Source: a virus | Taxonomy: Duplodnaviria; Caudoviricetes | Virus record (IMG/VR): IMGVR_UViG_3300025150_000115 | Location: 1-36,880 of that record | DNA length: 36,880 nucleotides | Strand: one strand, 5' to 3' | Shown here: piece by piece, positions 8,646 through 18,041 of the stretch | Layout: every line of letters starts with the position of its first letter | Numbering within the stretch: position 1 is the first letter of the stretch | Notes under the pieces: generated by a model | Database searches by the model: none | What the model was told of the DNA's origin: nothing | Seen by the model: the letters and a program-made list of their open reading frames with translations, nothing else | Translations under genes and position numbers: made by a program

Positions 8646-9386
8646 TTACCTAATTTCGAAGAACTCAGGAATATTATTATCATTTAGACCGAGTAGTCTG
8701 AACTCAGTTCCATTTATGTTTTCATGATGACTTTCATGATAGTGACCGTAGAACCAATGAGCTATTGTATTATTGCGCACCAGTATCTCATGCATCTTAG
8801 AATGATCGTTGCGCTCGTTGTCACACTCCTGTTTCAAAGCAGGATCATACTTGATCCACTTATCCATCCCACTTTTTATAAATGGATAACAGAACGCAGG
8901 AGCAGAATGCGTCACGACAACATCTATGTCGCGTATGTCTTTAAGTTTTTCCTCACACAGGACGAATGCTTCATCAACCCAGTATGACTTGCCAAGCTTT
9001 CTACCCTTCCACGGCTTGCCGTACATGTTGGGTACCTCTGGATTGGGTGATCTGTCGACCGATATTGCGCCGCCGACGCATAAAATGGATTTTCCTTCTA
9101 TGTTTAGTATAGTGTAGTCTGCTAGAAGCTCTATGTTTCCAACCTTATATGTGCCGTCAAAATATGCAGGATCGTCGTGATTGCCGCGTATGGCATATAA
9201 TTTTATGTTATTGCTCTCAAGCGTGGCATTAAGATATTGCATGGTACGGAGCTCCTTCTCCGGCTTTTCGAAGCCGATGCCAAAGTCGCCTACCTGTATT
9301 ATCGTACAGTCGGACAGTTCCAATCTTTTTATTTCTCTGATGACCTTATTCCATTCGCCATGCCAATCAGCCGTCGTTACTATCAT
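8646..9386 (-). CDS. Calcineurin-like metallophosphoesterase
   Basis: DWHG, QVGDFG, RGNHD, VVTHSAP and GHYH motifs are all present. Confidence 0.9.
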   Translation of the reverse strand: MIVTTADWHGEWNKVIREIKRLELSDCTIIQVGDFGIGFEKPEKELRTMQYLNATLESNNIKLYAIRGNHDDPAYFDGTYKVGNIELLADYTILNIEGKSILCVGGAISVDRSPNPEVPNMYGKPWKGRKLGKSYWVDEAFVLCEEKLKDIRDIDVVVTHSAPAFCYPFIKSGMDKWIKYDPALKQECDNERNDHSKMHEILVRNNTIAHWFYGHYHESHHENINGTEFRLLGLNDNNIPEFFEIR

Positions 9387-9396
9387 ATTCGTGAAG

Positions 9397-10410
9397 TTAG
9401 CTATTATTTTTTTGCCACATCCAAGCAGATAGCATTATATCATCAATATTATATTGCGGTGACCACTGTAAAACAGTTTTAGCCTTTGTATTGTCGGCAT
9501 AAATTGATTTAATATCACCAGCTCGCCTTGGACCTATCGTATATTTTAAGTTGATGTCAGATACCCGTTTGAATGCGTCGATAATTTCTAGCACACTATA
9601 GCCAGTGCCGGTGCCTAGATTTATGATACTATAATTCGGAAAAGTTTGGGAACTTATTTTTTTAATTGCCTGTATATGTGCAGAAGCTATATCACAAACA
9701 TGCACGTAGTCTCGTATACATGTACCATCTGGTGTGTCATAATCTCCACCAAAAATAGTCAACTTATCCAACTTACCAATTGCAGTTTGTGTAATATATG
9801 GCACCAAATTATTAGGCTGATCAGATGATCGCTCACCGTTCAACCCGCTTTTATGTGCACCAACCGGATTGAAGTATCGTAATGATATGGCCTTTATATC
9901 AGAATTCGATTGAACAAAATTATTGATCATATTCTCACATATCTGTTTCGTATATGCGTATGGCGATTCTATGGTGTTCATCGGAGTATCTTCTGATACC
10001 GGTAACTGTTGTATATTACCATAAACCGAGCATGAAGATGAAAAGATTAAATATGGTACATTAAATTCGTTAAGACATTTTAAAACATTAATTGTCGAAT
10101 TAATATTATTATGATAATATGTCAATGGATCATCAACAGATTCATTTACAGATTTATGCGCTGCAAAATGTATAACGCCTATGATGTCTGGATTGAAATC
10201 GAAAACCCGTTTCGTTTCTCGTAAATCGGTCAGGTCCACATTATACATTTTTATCGTTTTTCCTGTGATGCGTTCGATGCTATCGTATGCAGATCCATCC
10301 GAATTTGAATAGTTGTCGATAGAAATTACATCATAATCTGTGTTTTCTAAAATATCTATGATTGTATGTGAACCAATATAACCGGCACCGCCTGTGACTA
10401 ATATCTTCAT
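9397..10410 (-). CDS. galE: UDP-glucose 4-epimerase
   Basis: GGAGYIGSH, HFAAHKSVNES, FSSSCSVYG, YAYTK, LRYFNPVGAH and GTCIRDYVHV motifs. Confidence 0.95.
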   Translation of the reverse strand: MKILVTGGAGYIGSHTIIDILENTDYDVISIDNYSNSDGSAYDSIERITGKTIKMYNVDLTDLRETKRVFDFNPDIIGVIHFAAHKSVNESVDDPLTYYHNNINSTINVLKCLNEFNVPYLIFSSSCSVYGNIQQLPVSEDTPMNTIESPYAYTKQICENMINNFVQSNSDIKAISLRYFNPVGAHKSGLNGERSSDQPNNLVPYITQTAIGKLDKLTIFGGDYDTPDGTCIRDYVHVCDIASAHIQAIKKISSQTFPNYSIINLGTGTGYSVLEIIDAFKRVSDINLKYTIGPRRAGDIKSIYADNTKAKTVLQWSPQYNIDDIMLSAWMWQKNNS

Positions 10411-11156
10411 AACAATTCCCAGTTTTTACAGTATAAATCTTTTGTGCTGGCATGCGCATTTCCAGGTCCAAACCAAATCATTGGTGCTATTACATGAGCA
10501 TCCTGATTTTTATTAAGATATGCGGCCCACCATGAAAACGAGCTATTGGCTATTATATTGGCACGGCACTTACTCATCAGGCACATATCTTGCACGTTTG
10601 TCTGTCCCTCAACATATATAAATTTAGAATCAGAACCGAATGCTTGTTTGCACCACGGTATGTCATCTGAGAATACCATAAATTTTTTAATACCAACTGC
10701 TGCCATATTAGCTATGGCCGACTTGTAATAGTTCATTCCAGGAAACGGATGGTAATTCGCAAGTGCGACGTAATCGGTACGTCTTATATGAATGGAACAT
10801 GATTCGCTCGCATCCTTGATCTGTTCGTCTGTGACCGTACCATCAACAAAATCAAATTGATCTAATATGAGATCTCTGTAATCTGCAAAATATTTATCCG
10901 ATTGATAATATCCATATAGATCTGTACTGGGCCTGTATGGTATAGGTGAGTACGCAAATGCAGGTTCCCTATGAATCGAACGTACCCAACTAAAATCAGT
11001 GGTACACATTATCTGTTTTTTAAACGCCAAATTATATTCCCATGCAGGAAATATTGCGCTATCGCCGTTTCTATTAGCTAAAGCTAAGGTGGTTGCTATC
11101 TGAAATAGCTGATTTCCAAAGCGGCCAAATTGTCCAAGTTGTGAATATGTTATCAT
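10407..11156 (-). CDS. Glycosyltransferase family 11 (alpha-1,2-fucosyltransferase-like)
   Basis: GRFGNQLFQ, GYYQSDKYF, HIRRTDY, FSDDIPWC and NSSFSWWAAYL motifs. Confidence 0.92.
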   Translation of the reverse strand: MITYSQLGQFGRFGNQLFQIATTLALANRNGDSAIFPAWEYNLAFKKQIMCTTDFSWVRSIHREPAFAYSPIPYRPSTDLYGYYQSDKYFADYRDLILDQFDFVDGTVTDEQIKDASESCSIHIRRTDYVALANYHPFPGMNYYKSAIANMAAVGIKKFMVFSDDIPWCKQAFGSDSKFIYVEGQTNVQDMCLMSKCRANIIANSSFSWWAAYLNKNQDAHVIAPMIWFGPGNAHASTKDLYCKNWELL

Positions 11157-11181
11157 ATCATAAATTTATACTGATTGATTA

Positions 11182-11211
11182 CAATCTACAGAATGATCAA
11201 TCTACAGAATG
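11182..11211. repeat. 14-bp direct repeat at a gene end
   Basis: caatctacagaatg at 11182 and 11198, spanning the TAG stop of 11202-11990. Confidence 0.85.
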
Positions 11212-11990
11212 TCATCATTTTCTTTATCCTCATCTTTAACTTCCTCATCTTTAACTTCCTCGACTGTAGAATTTTTTTCAATATATCCTTGCAAAATTGC
11301 AAGCAAAGATGATAACCGTTCTTGATGTTTATCCTTATTATTAAGTGGATTCCAATTAGAACCATTAATAAAGTGCATAAACATGTTGTTAATAATTGAA
11401 TAAAAATTATAATGTGCTGTAAACATTATATTCTCATGAAATGCTTCATCAAAAAATTGAATAGATTCTAGTCCAGCTTTATCAATAATAGCATATAAAT
11501 TACCACCAGTATCTAAACCAAATTGGCGATTAGGACTAAAATCTACTTTTTTAGTATCTACTTTTTTATTATCAATAACAAAGCATCCTGGCCACAAATA
11601 GGTTTTACCTGATGGCTTTGTTTGACCTAATCCACCCATAATTTTAGTACATAAAATATCAATGACTGAGAACCCAGTTATAGGAAAACAATCATGATCT
11701 AAAAATAACATATAATCATAAGACGCATTATATTTTAAATATGCAAAATTAGCAGCAAACGCATGACTCATACTAGGGTCTCCCGTATGAGCAAAGGTTT
11801 TGATATACGTATGTTTTATATCACGTAATCGATATAAAATAGCATCTGTATTATCTTTGTCATCACTATTATCAATAATGATAATGTCATAATTATCTAC
11901 ACAGAATGTATTAATACATTCTATTTGCTTTACTATTAAATCGCTTACATTGTATACAACTATTACTATTGCAACGTTAGGTTTCTTCAT
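11202..11990 (-). CDS. Glycosyltransferase, GT2/GT-A fold
   Basis: IVIVVYN, IIIIDNS and FLDHD (DXD) motifs; acidic EEVKD repeats at the C-terminus. Confidence 0.75.
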   Translation of the reverse strand: MKKPNVAIVIVVYNVSDLIVKQIECINTFCVDNYDIIIIDNSDDKDNTDAILYRLRDIKHTYIKTFAHTGDPSMSHAFAANFAYLKYNASYDYMLFLDHDCFPITGFSVIDILCTKIMGGLGQTKPSGKTYLWPGCFVIDNKKVDTKKVDFSPNRQFGLDTGGNLYAIIDKAGLESIQFFDEAFHENIMFTAHYNFYSIINNMFMHFINGSNWNPLNNKDKHQERLSSLLAILQGYIEKNSTVEEVKDEEVKDEDKENDDIL

Positions 11991-12021
11991 ATTTACCTTT
12001 ATTTTTATTTTTCATCAGATT

Positions 12022-13242
12022 TCATCCACCTACAATTTTAAACGTCGGACAAGGTATAATAAACTTACCGCCGTTGCTTAAATATTTTGCTTCTCTCTTT
12101 ATAAAATGCGAAGCGAAATGCCATGCCAGTATTAATATATAATCTGGATTACTTTTCCTCATCTCATCTTCTGAACATATAGGTATATTAGTACCAACTG
12201 TCTTCAGTCCCCATTTTATTGTATTCCTCTCAGCAATCGCAGTAATTAAACTGTCATCTAATTCAAAATATTGTAGTAAAGTATTACCTTTAGTACTAGC
12301 TGCATAACCCCAAACAGTTTTACCCTCGGACTTTGCTTTCTTTATAAAAGATACAGTTTGATCTTTCAGATCATTTATCATATCGTAAAAGGCCATCCAT
12401 GTTTCAGGTTCATCGAATTTTCTCTGCTTTTCATAACACAACAAACTATGTATTCTATACTTACAAATATCTCTGAATGTTTGAGTACCAAATAAATTAT
12501 CGGTTGCGTTAGTTTTACGGATATAAATACGGAACGATCCGCCATTAGTATTATTCAATTGACAATCCACAATTTTGAATCCATTTCGTTCTAAGTATAC
12601 TGTTATACTATTCAATGTATAATAATAAACATGTTCACTTAATATGTTATCAAATGCACATTGATCCATCATCAATCCTGAATGACTTAGTTGCATTACA
12701 AATAAACCTTCATCATCCAAGATTTCGTGAACGTCTTGAAGAAAATCATCTGGCTTATCAATATCATAGAACATCGCGATACAAGTAATCACTTTCGGTT
12801 TTTGATTACCGAATTTATTATCCTTATAATTGTCTGCAGTAAAGAAATCTTGTATTATCAAATCTGCATGCTTCTCAGCTTCTTCTTTGAAAGAATCCTC
12901 TGCTGGATCTATGCCTATTTTAATAAGATTTTTTGGAACATACGATAATAACGTACCATCATTAGATGCCAAATCACACCAAATATCATTCTCATTCAAA
13001 TCGATTACCGATACTATTGAATTAACAATATTATTTAACTCCACACACATTGATTCATTAATTCCTGAACGGTAAAAATATTTACCAAACATTTGGTTTA
13101 ATGGTGCTGTAGTTTCTAATCTGACGGCTCGAGTATCCTCTTCCATCATTAATTGTAAATCATGTCTATCTCCTCTTGGCTCATCGCCATCTTTGAGAAA
13201 ATCTGATATATAAATATCACCTAACGAAAAAAGCTTTATCAT
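12022..13242 (-). CDS. NDP-sugar C3-methyltransferase (TcaB9/KijD1-like)
   Basis: YFYRSG, DLASNDGTLL, EHVYYY, GGSFR, ASTKGNTLLQY and PDYILILAWHF motifs. Confidence 0.88.
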   Translation of the reverse strand: MIKLFSLGDIYISDFLKDGDEPRGDRHDLQLMMEEDTRAVRLETTAPLNQMFGKYFYRSGINESMCVELNNIVNSIVSVIDLNENDIWCDLASNDGTLLSYVPKNLIKIGIDPAEDSFKEEAEKHADLIIQDFFTADNYKDNKFGNQKPKVITCIAMFYDIDKPDDFLQDVHEILDDEGLFVMQLSHSGLMMDQCAFDNILSEHVYYYTLNSITVYLERNGFKIVDCQLNNTNGGSFRIYIRKTNATDNLFGTQTFRDICKYRIHSLLCYEKQRKFDEPETWMAFYDMINDLKDQTVSFIKKAKSEGKTVWGYAASTKGNTLLQYFELDDSLITAIAERNTIKWGLKTVGTNIPICSEDEMRKSNPDYILILAWHFASHFIKREAKYLSNGGKFIIPCPTFKIVGG

Positions 13243-13244
13243 AA

Positions 13245-14144
13245 TTATTTGTTTATATTATTTAATTCCCAATCAATCATAATTTGTATAATATCATGAA
13301 CGGTTTTGGTTGGCGTCCAATTCAAGTCAGCCGTAATCTCTTTAATATCGGCTTGTTGTATAACAAAATCCTTTTGTCTAAACTGTGCTGTATCTTGTAC
13401 AACATGGTCTTCAAATTTTAGACTGGCATACTCAAAAGCATATCTAACAAAATCTTCTGTCTTTGTTAATATACCACTACCAATTACATAATCTTTTGGC
13501 GTCTCTGTACACATCATTAAATGGACAGCTTCCATATAATCCTTTGCATAACCCCAATCTCTATGTTGGTTTAAATCACCCAGTTCTAATTTTTCCGTAC
13601 TTCCTAACTTTATTCTTGCTATTGTTGAGCATACCTTCTTTGATAGAAATCCCGTTCCTCTTCGTTCTGATTCATGAGGATAAAATATCCCGGCACAAGC
13701 AAACAATCCCAAATCCCTATATAGTTTCACAAAGTTATGTGCCGCTAGTTTTGTAATACCGTAAGGATATGTAGGTGATCCATCAGCATTACCCGACATC
13801 AATACCGAAGAAGCTTGAAAAAATTTAATCGTTTTATCAATATTATATATTGCGCTTAAAATGTTTACAGGTAAGGTTAGATTTAATTCTATAGTTTTTG
13901 GTATGTCAGCGTATGGATTAAACGTATTTGTTAAACCTGCCAAATTATATATTTCAGTAGGTCTTAATTCATCAATTAATTGGTGTACTTGTTTATCATT
14001 ACAACAATGTATAAACCGAGATGTGACAGAAGCAGAAGATCTAACAACACCATGGACTTCATATCCCTTGACTTTAAGGATGTCAGCTAAAAAACTACCA
14101 TCCTGTCCAGTAATACCAAAAATTAATGCTTTATTCACTACCAT
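13245..14144 (-). CDS. gmd: GDP-mannose 4,6-dehydratase-like SDR with atypical active site
   Basis: GITGQDGSFLA, PTEIYNLA, YGITK, HESERRG and RDWGYAKDY motifs, but QASSVLM replaces QAS(T/S)SE. Start at MVVNK (14144). Confidence 0.75.
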   Translation of the reverse strand: MVVNKALIFGITGQDGSFLADILKVKGYEVHGVVRSSASVTSRFIHCCNDKQVHQLIDELRPTEIYNLAGLTNTFNPYADIPKTIELNLTLPVNILSAIYNIDKTIKFFQASSVLMSGNADGSPTYPYGITKLAAHNFVKLYRDLGLFACAGIFYPHESERRGTGFLSKKVCSTIARIKLGSTEKLELGDLNQHRDWGYAKDYMEAVHLMMCTETPKDYVIGSGILTKTEDFVRYAFEYASLKFEDHVVQDTAQFRQKDFVIQQADIKEITADLNWTPTKTVHDIIQIMIDWELNNINK

Positions 14145-14379
14145 ATTTTTTATTAGAACCAAATAATGTTTGTTTTACGCCATCTGCTATTTCATTCAAT
14201 CCAATATCTATTTCATCTATTAAGACGTTACGCTCGGAATTTAATACATTAGTTTTTTTGGTTGCGTCAGCAATAGTTTTATTAGTAGCTTTTGGCTCAC
14301 GCTTTACATCCTCTAACATGTAAATTTTTATATTAACAATAGATAATTTATCTACTAGTTGTCCAATTGTTAGTTTCAT
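14131..14379 (-). CDS. Small helical protein, DUF6165-like
   Basis: 'TIGQLVDKLSIVNIKI...LNSERNVLIDEID' fits the GELxDKxTILxIK...N..R...I family found next to sugar genes. Confidence 0.6.
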   Translation of the reverse strand: MKLTIGQLVDKLSIVNIKIYMLEDVKREPKATNKTIADATKKTNVLNSERNVLIDEIDIGLNEIADGVKQTLFGSNKKYGSE

Positions 14380-14444
14380 AATTTTAATTTATATCAGTTT
14401 GTATATTGTTAGTTTCATAATTTTATTATATCAGTTTGTATATT
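14366..14444. repeat. Imperfect tandem duplication (about 39-bp period) spanning a stop/start junction
   Basis: attgttagtttcataatttta(at)ttatatcagtttgtatatt occurs at 14366 and 14405. Confidence 0.85.
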
Positions 14445-15191
14445 TTTTGTAATATCATTCAAATACCAAGACATGTTTGTTGAATATTTAGTTTCGTCAC
14501 CATAAAACTTCCAAACACCTTGTTCTAGTTCTACTAATCTTGGAATATCTAATGCACTGGCTAATGCAAATAATGCCGATTGATTACCGATAAAATATTT
14601 ACAATCCTTCATAGCTGATGCCATATCATAAATATTTGCAACTTGGTACAATTTAACTTTACTACTCTTAACCGGAAAATGATCGAACTCTGATGGATTA
14701 GATGTTACAAATAATAATTCATCAAATTGATCTACAATCTTTTGCCAAGGAAGTCCACCGTGACGATGTATAGATCTATGGATCAAAATTTTATTAGTAG
14801 TATTCACATCACCTTCATCAACATTAATCCATTTTGGAAATGCCGGAGCAAACTTAAAAAATTCAGAAAGAACATCAGACCAACATTTATTGTACTCACC
14901 TGTTTCATGAAATGTGGTTGCAACAGATAATCGCCACGCATTCAAGTTAATATAATTATCCGGTATATCAGCAATATTATAAAATCCTGCAACATAAGAT
15001 TGTTGACCCATTAGTTTTAATAAATCATTGTGCGCAGTATCTTTACCAAAATTCCAAACATCACCGTGATGTCCATCAACTAAATAAATATTTGCCATTG
15101 TATTATCTCTGGTACAAATATGTTTGACCACATACATACAATGCAAGAAATCTCCCATCATACCAGATACTATGAAATTTTGATTAATCAT
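14415..15191 (-). CDS. GT9 / heptosyltransferase-like glycosyltransferase (GT-B)
   Basis: N-terminal SGMMGDFLH and C-terminal FIGNQSALFALASALDIPRLVE motifs. Start at MINQ (15191). Confidence 0.7.
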   Translation of the reverse strand: MINQNFIVSGMMGDFLHCMYVVKHICTRDNTMANIYLVDGHHGDVWNFGKDTAHNDLLKLMGQQSYVAGFYNIADIPDNYINLNAWRLSVATTFHETGEYNKCWSDVLSEFFKFAPAFPKWINVDEGDVNTTNKILIHRSIHRHGGLPWQKIVDQFDELLFVTSNPSEFDHFPVKSSKVKLYQVANIYDMASAMKDCKYFIGNQSALFALASALDIPRLVELEQGVWKFYGDETKYSTNMSWYLNDITKNIQTDIIKL

Positions 15192-15801
15192 TTTTTTTAA
15201 ATGTGAATGTTGCGAATGAATATTTGTAAACACCGTATGTAAAATCTGGTTCGTGATCATAATCTATATCACCAACCATAGAACAATTGTGTTCAGCTAA
15301 TAATGCAGGAAATCTTTTTAAGAGATCTTTCTTAGTATATAATCGTTGATCTTCACCTGGCATCGGATCGCCTGGCTTATAATCATCTCTAAAATCGCAT
15401 GTAAGTATTCCATATCCACCTGGATTTAAAAGAGAACACATTTGGTCAATAAATAAATCATCGTCCTTTACGTGCTCTATAACAGATGTTGAAAATATAA
15501 GGTCAACTTTATTACCAACATTCTGGAAGTAACCATCAAGATCCATATCAATTGCAGGGTCAATTCCTACTATATCATATCCTAATTTCTTTAATGATTC
15601 GTACGCTGTATCTTCAAAAGATCCAACGCATAATATTTTACTATCTGTTTGTGCGTATTTTTTGGTTTGAGAAAACGTAAAAGCTTGTTGCACATTGGCT
15701 TCTTCAATTTTTCTAGACATCATTTCTGGACATATAGTTTTTAAATATGCTATGTCTTCCGCATAATGTTCTCTGTAGTGATCAGTCAATATTTTGTTCA
15801 T
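15184..15801 (-). CDS. Class I SAM-dependent methyltransferase
   Basis: KILCVGS, VGIDP, DLIFSTSVIEHV and LLNPGGYGILT motifs. Confidence 0.88.
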   Translation of the reverse strand: MNKILTDHYREHYAEDIAYLKTICPEMMSRKIEEANVQQAFTFSQTKKYAQTDSKILCVGSFEDTAYESLKKLGYDIVGIDPAIDMDLDGYFQNVGNKVDLIFSTSVIEHVKDDDLFIDQMCSLLNPGGYGILTCDFRDDYKPGDPMPGEDQRLYTKKDLLKRFPALLAEHNCSMVGDIDYDHEPDFTYGVYKYSFATFTFKKND

Positions 15802-16718
15802 AATGTATTATTTAGTATTTGTTCATATTTAGCTATGAAATTAGCTTGTGACCATTGATCTCTCAATGGTTGTAATATTTCTGGTCCTGATGCAATAATT
15901 TCAGGTAATGTCCTATCTTCATAACAAATAGAAGGTTGTGTCATTTTAATATGTCTAAACATATATGATTGTGAAATTGCTAGGGGTACATTAACACTTA
16001 ATCCGTAATCAATTACGGATGATAAACCACGTCCTAACATTTCATCATATAAAAATATATTTAGTGTACTCTCAGATAAAAAATTAAGTAGTTGTTCATC
16101 AGTATAAAAATCATTGGTAATCTCTAATTTAATACCAGTTTTTTTAACCTCCGCATAACAACCAGGATAAATATTTTTAATAGATTGTTTATCCATATCT
16201 CCATAATGTGCAAAAGGAATATGTAACCTAATAATAGCTTCATCAAATTGATCGTTTACAGTTTTAACGATTCGACCGAAACCTTTATTACCGAAACCGA
16301 AACCGAAACTACTTATAACAGGAACATCGTGTGCGGGACCGTGCGGCACGGTCTCAAACAGCGGTCTTGGAACCGCAAACCTGTTATCGACGTCCCTGAA
16401 CGTAGAATCGACGTACAGGTAGTAGTCCGGGTTCAGGTTGCTGTGCTCCGTGCCCTCATGGTGCAGGACATAGTAGACAATGTCATTGTCCTTCTCACAG
16501 CCGGAGAACCATGTCATCGTCAGCTCATGATAGTTTATTATGATGGCGACGGGCTTAAACTTGTCTATTAATCCATGATACTCGTCCATCGATGCCGGCG
16601 AGCAGTAGATGAAGTTGTACGCCTTGGAACCGCCCAATATGTTCACAGACCGCTTACCGTACTGGTGACAGCCGCATTGCTGCTCTATCGAGTTTATGTA
16701 TAGAACGTTATTTTTCAT
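15798..16718 (-). CDS. Putative glycosyltransferase (GT-B / GT4-like)
   Basis: CGCHQYG N-terminus, SFGFGFGNKGF, and GLSSVIDYGLSVNVPLAIS, resembling the GT4 C-terminal motif. Confidence 0.6.
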   Translation of the reverse strand: MKNNVLYINSIEQQCGCHQYGKRSVNILGGSKAYNFIYCSPASMDEYHGLIDKFKPVAIIINYHELTMTWFSGCEKDNDIVYYVLHHEGTEHSNLNPDYYLYVDSTFRDVDNRFAVPRPLFETVPHGPAHDVPVISSFGFGFGNKGFGRIVKTVNDQFDEAIIRLHIPFAHYGDMDKQSIKNIYPGCYAEVKKTGIKLEITNDFYTDEQLLNFLSESTLNIFLYDEMLGRGLSSVIDYGLSVNVPLAISQSYMFRHIKMTQPSICYEDRTLPEIIASGPEILQPLRDQWSQANFIAKYEQILNNTL

Positions 16719-16722
16719 GCTT

Positions 16723-17373
16723 TCATAAATGATACATTTTACTGTAAAACAACCTCACGAAATCAACGTGATAGATTCTACTTATTAAGGAGATAGTCTT
16801 TTCGTTTAAGTAATCTTTATAATAATTATAGTCTCTTGGACTTCCAAAAATAGGATTTTCAATTCCCAGCTCTTTTAAAAATCTATTAACCTGATTACTA
16901 TTTTCGTACTTAAGAAGTATGGGAACTCCTCCGACAGAATTAAATATATAATCTGATTGGGGTATTAAATGATACTTAATTTGGTCATAATAATCGCCAA
17001 TACCCCATCCCATGAAGTCGTAACTTAACCCCCTTTCATCTAAAAGCAAAAGAAAGTCAACAAAATTAGATAGCTCCAATGGTTCTTTGTGATCATGATA
17101 TAAAGAAACTGCTCTCTCAAAAGGGTTTCTGACTACAGAAAACATACTTTTGTCACCAACCTCGTCTTTGAAATACAAACGTATTTCCTCTGCAGTTAGA
17201 TGCTGAAGCGTGAACTTCCCCCTCTCATCCTCGTATATTCCATATAAATTCTTTAAATGTCCTATTTTAGAAGTCTCATGACTCTCATTCCAATTTAGAC
17301 CAAATAAACTTTCAATATAAGTTCCTCCCGTCTTTGGGACATGCACAAAAACCATATCATTCAGAATCGGCAT
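16723..17373 (-). CDS. Sulfotransferase family 2 (carbohydrate sulfotransferase-like)
   Basis: 5'-PSB FVHVPKTGGT, 3'-PB FSVVRNPFERAVSLY and HLIPQSDY motifs. Confidence 0.88.
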   Translation of the reverse strand: MPILNDMVFVHVPKTGGTYIESLFGLNWNESHETSKIGHLKNLYGIYEDERGKFTLQHLTAEEIRLYFKDEVGDKSMFSVVRNPFERAVSLYHDHKEPLELSNFVDFLLLLDERGLSYDFMGWGIGDYYDQIKYHLIPQSDYIFNSVGGVPILLKYENSNQVNRFLKELGIENPIFGSPRDYNYYKDYLNEKTISLISRIYHVDFVRLFYSKMYHL

Positions 17374-17378
17374 AGTCC

Positions 17379-18041
17379 TTAATTTTTATAATTTTTAGTA
17401 ACTTGATTATTATGTAATCTATAATACAATAATTCTTCATCTATTATATTAAATTTTTTGGTGCGAATTGTTCGCATCCATAATTCTAAATCCTCCCAAC
17501 CTAATAAATTATTATATTCAAATGTACCATCCCAAAATGTTTTTGTGAAAGCTACACATGGATGTGCAATTACATTATGTTTTTTCAATATATTAGTTGC
17601 TATATCTCCGTATTGACAAATATTTAAGTGCAATGTTATCTCATCAATCCCGTTATTATCTTGTATATAGCAAAAATCTGAGCTAACCAAATCATATCCC
17701 ATTAATATCACATTGATCTGTTTTTCAAATCGTGTAATATCATAATAATCATCCATATTGGTATTAAATACCGTATCATACTTTTGATTTAAAAACAAAT
17801 CATTTAATAAAAAATTCATTGCATCTATATGGTTATCAAAAGGAACTTGTATAAATTTTTTATCTTTACCAGGTATAAATACAAACTCATCTGAATTATT
17901 ATCGACAGGTCCATAATTTAATTCAATTATATCAAAATTTTGGTACGTTTGATTTGCTATGGAATCTATGCATTTATCTATCCATGTACGTTCATAAATA
18001 TTTAAAATATTTTTATGATAAAATATAACAACACTCCTCAT
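17379..18041 (-). CDS. Glycosyltransferase family 2
   Basis: CIDSIANQTYQNF, NMDDYY...RFEKQ, IAHP, EDLELW and YYRLH motifs. Confidence 0.85.
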   Translation of the reverse strand: MRSVVIFYHKNILNIYERTWIDKCIDSIANQTYQNFDIIELNYGPVDNNSDEFVFIPGKDKKFIQVPFDNHIDAMNFLLNDLFLNQKYDTVFNTNMDDYYDITRFEKQINVILMGYDLVSSDFCYIQDNNGIDEITLHLNICQYGDIATNILKKHNVIAHPCVAFTKTFWDGTFEYNNLLGWEDLELWMRTIRTKKFNIIDEELLYYRLHNNQVTKNYKN

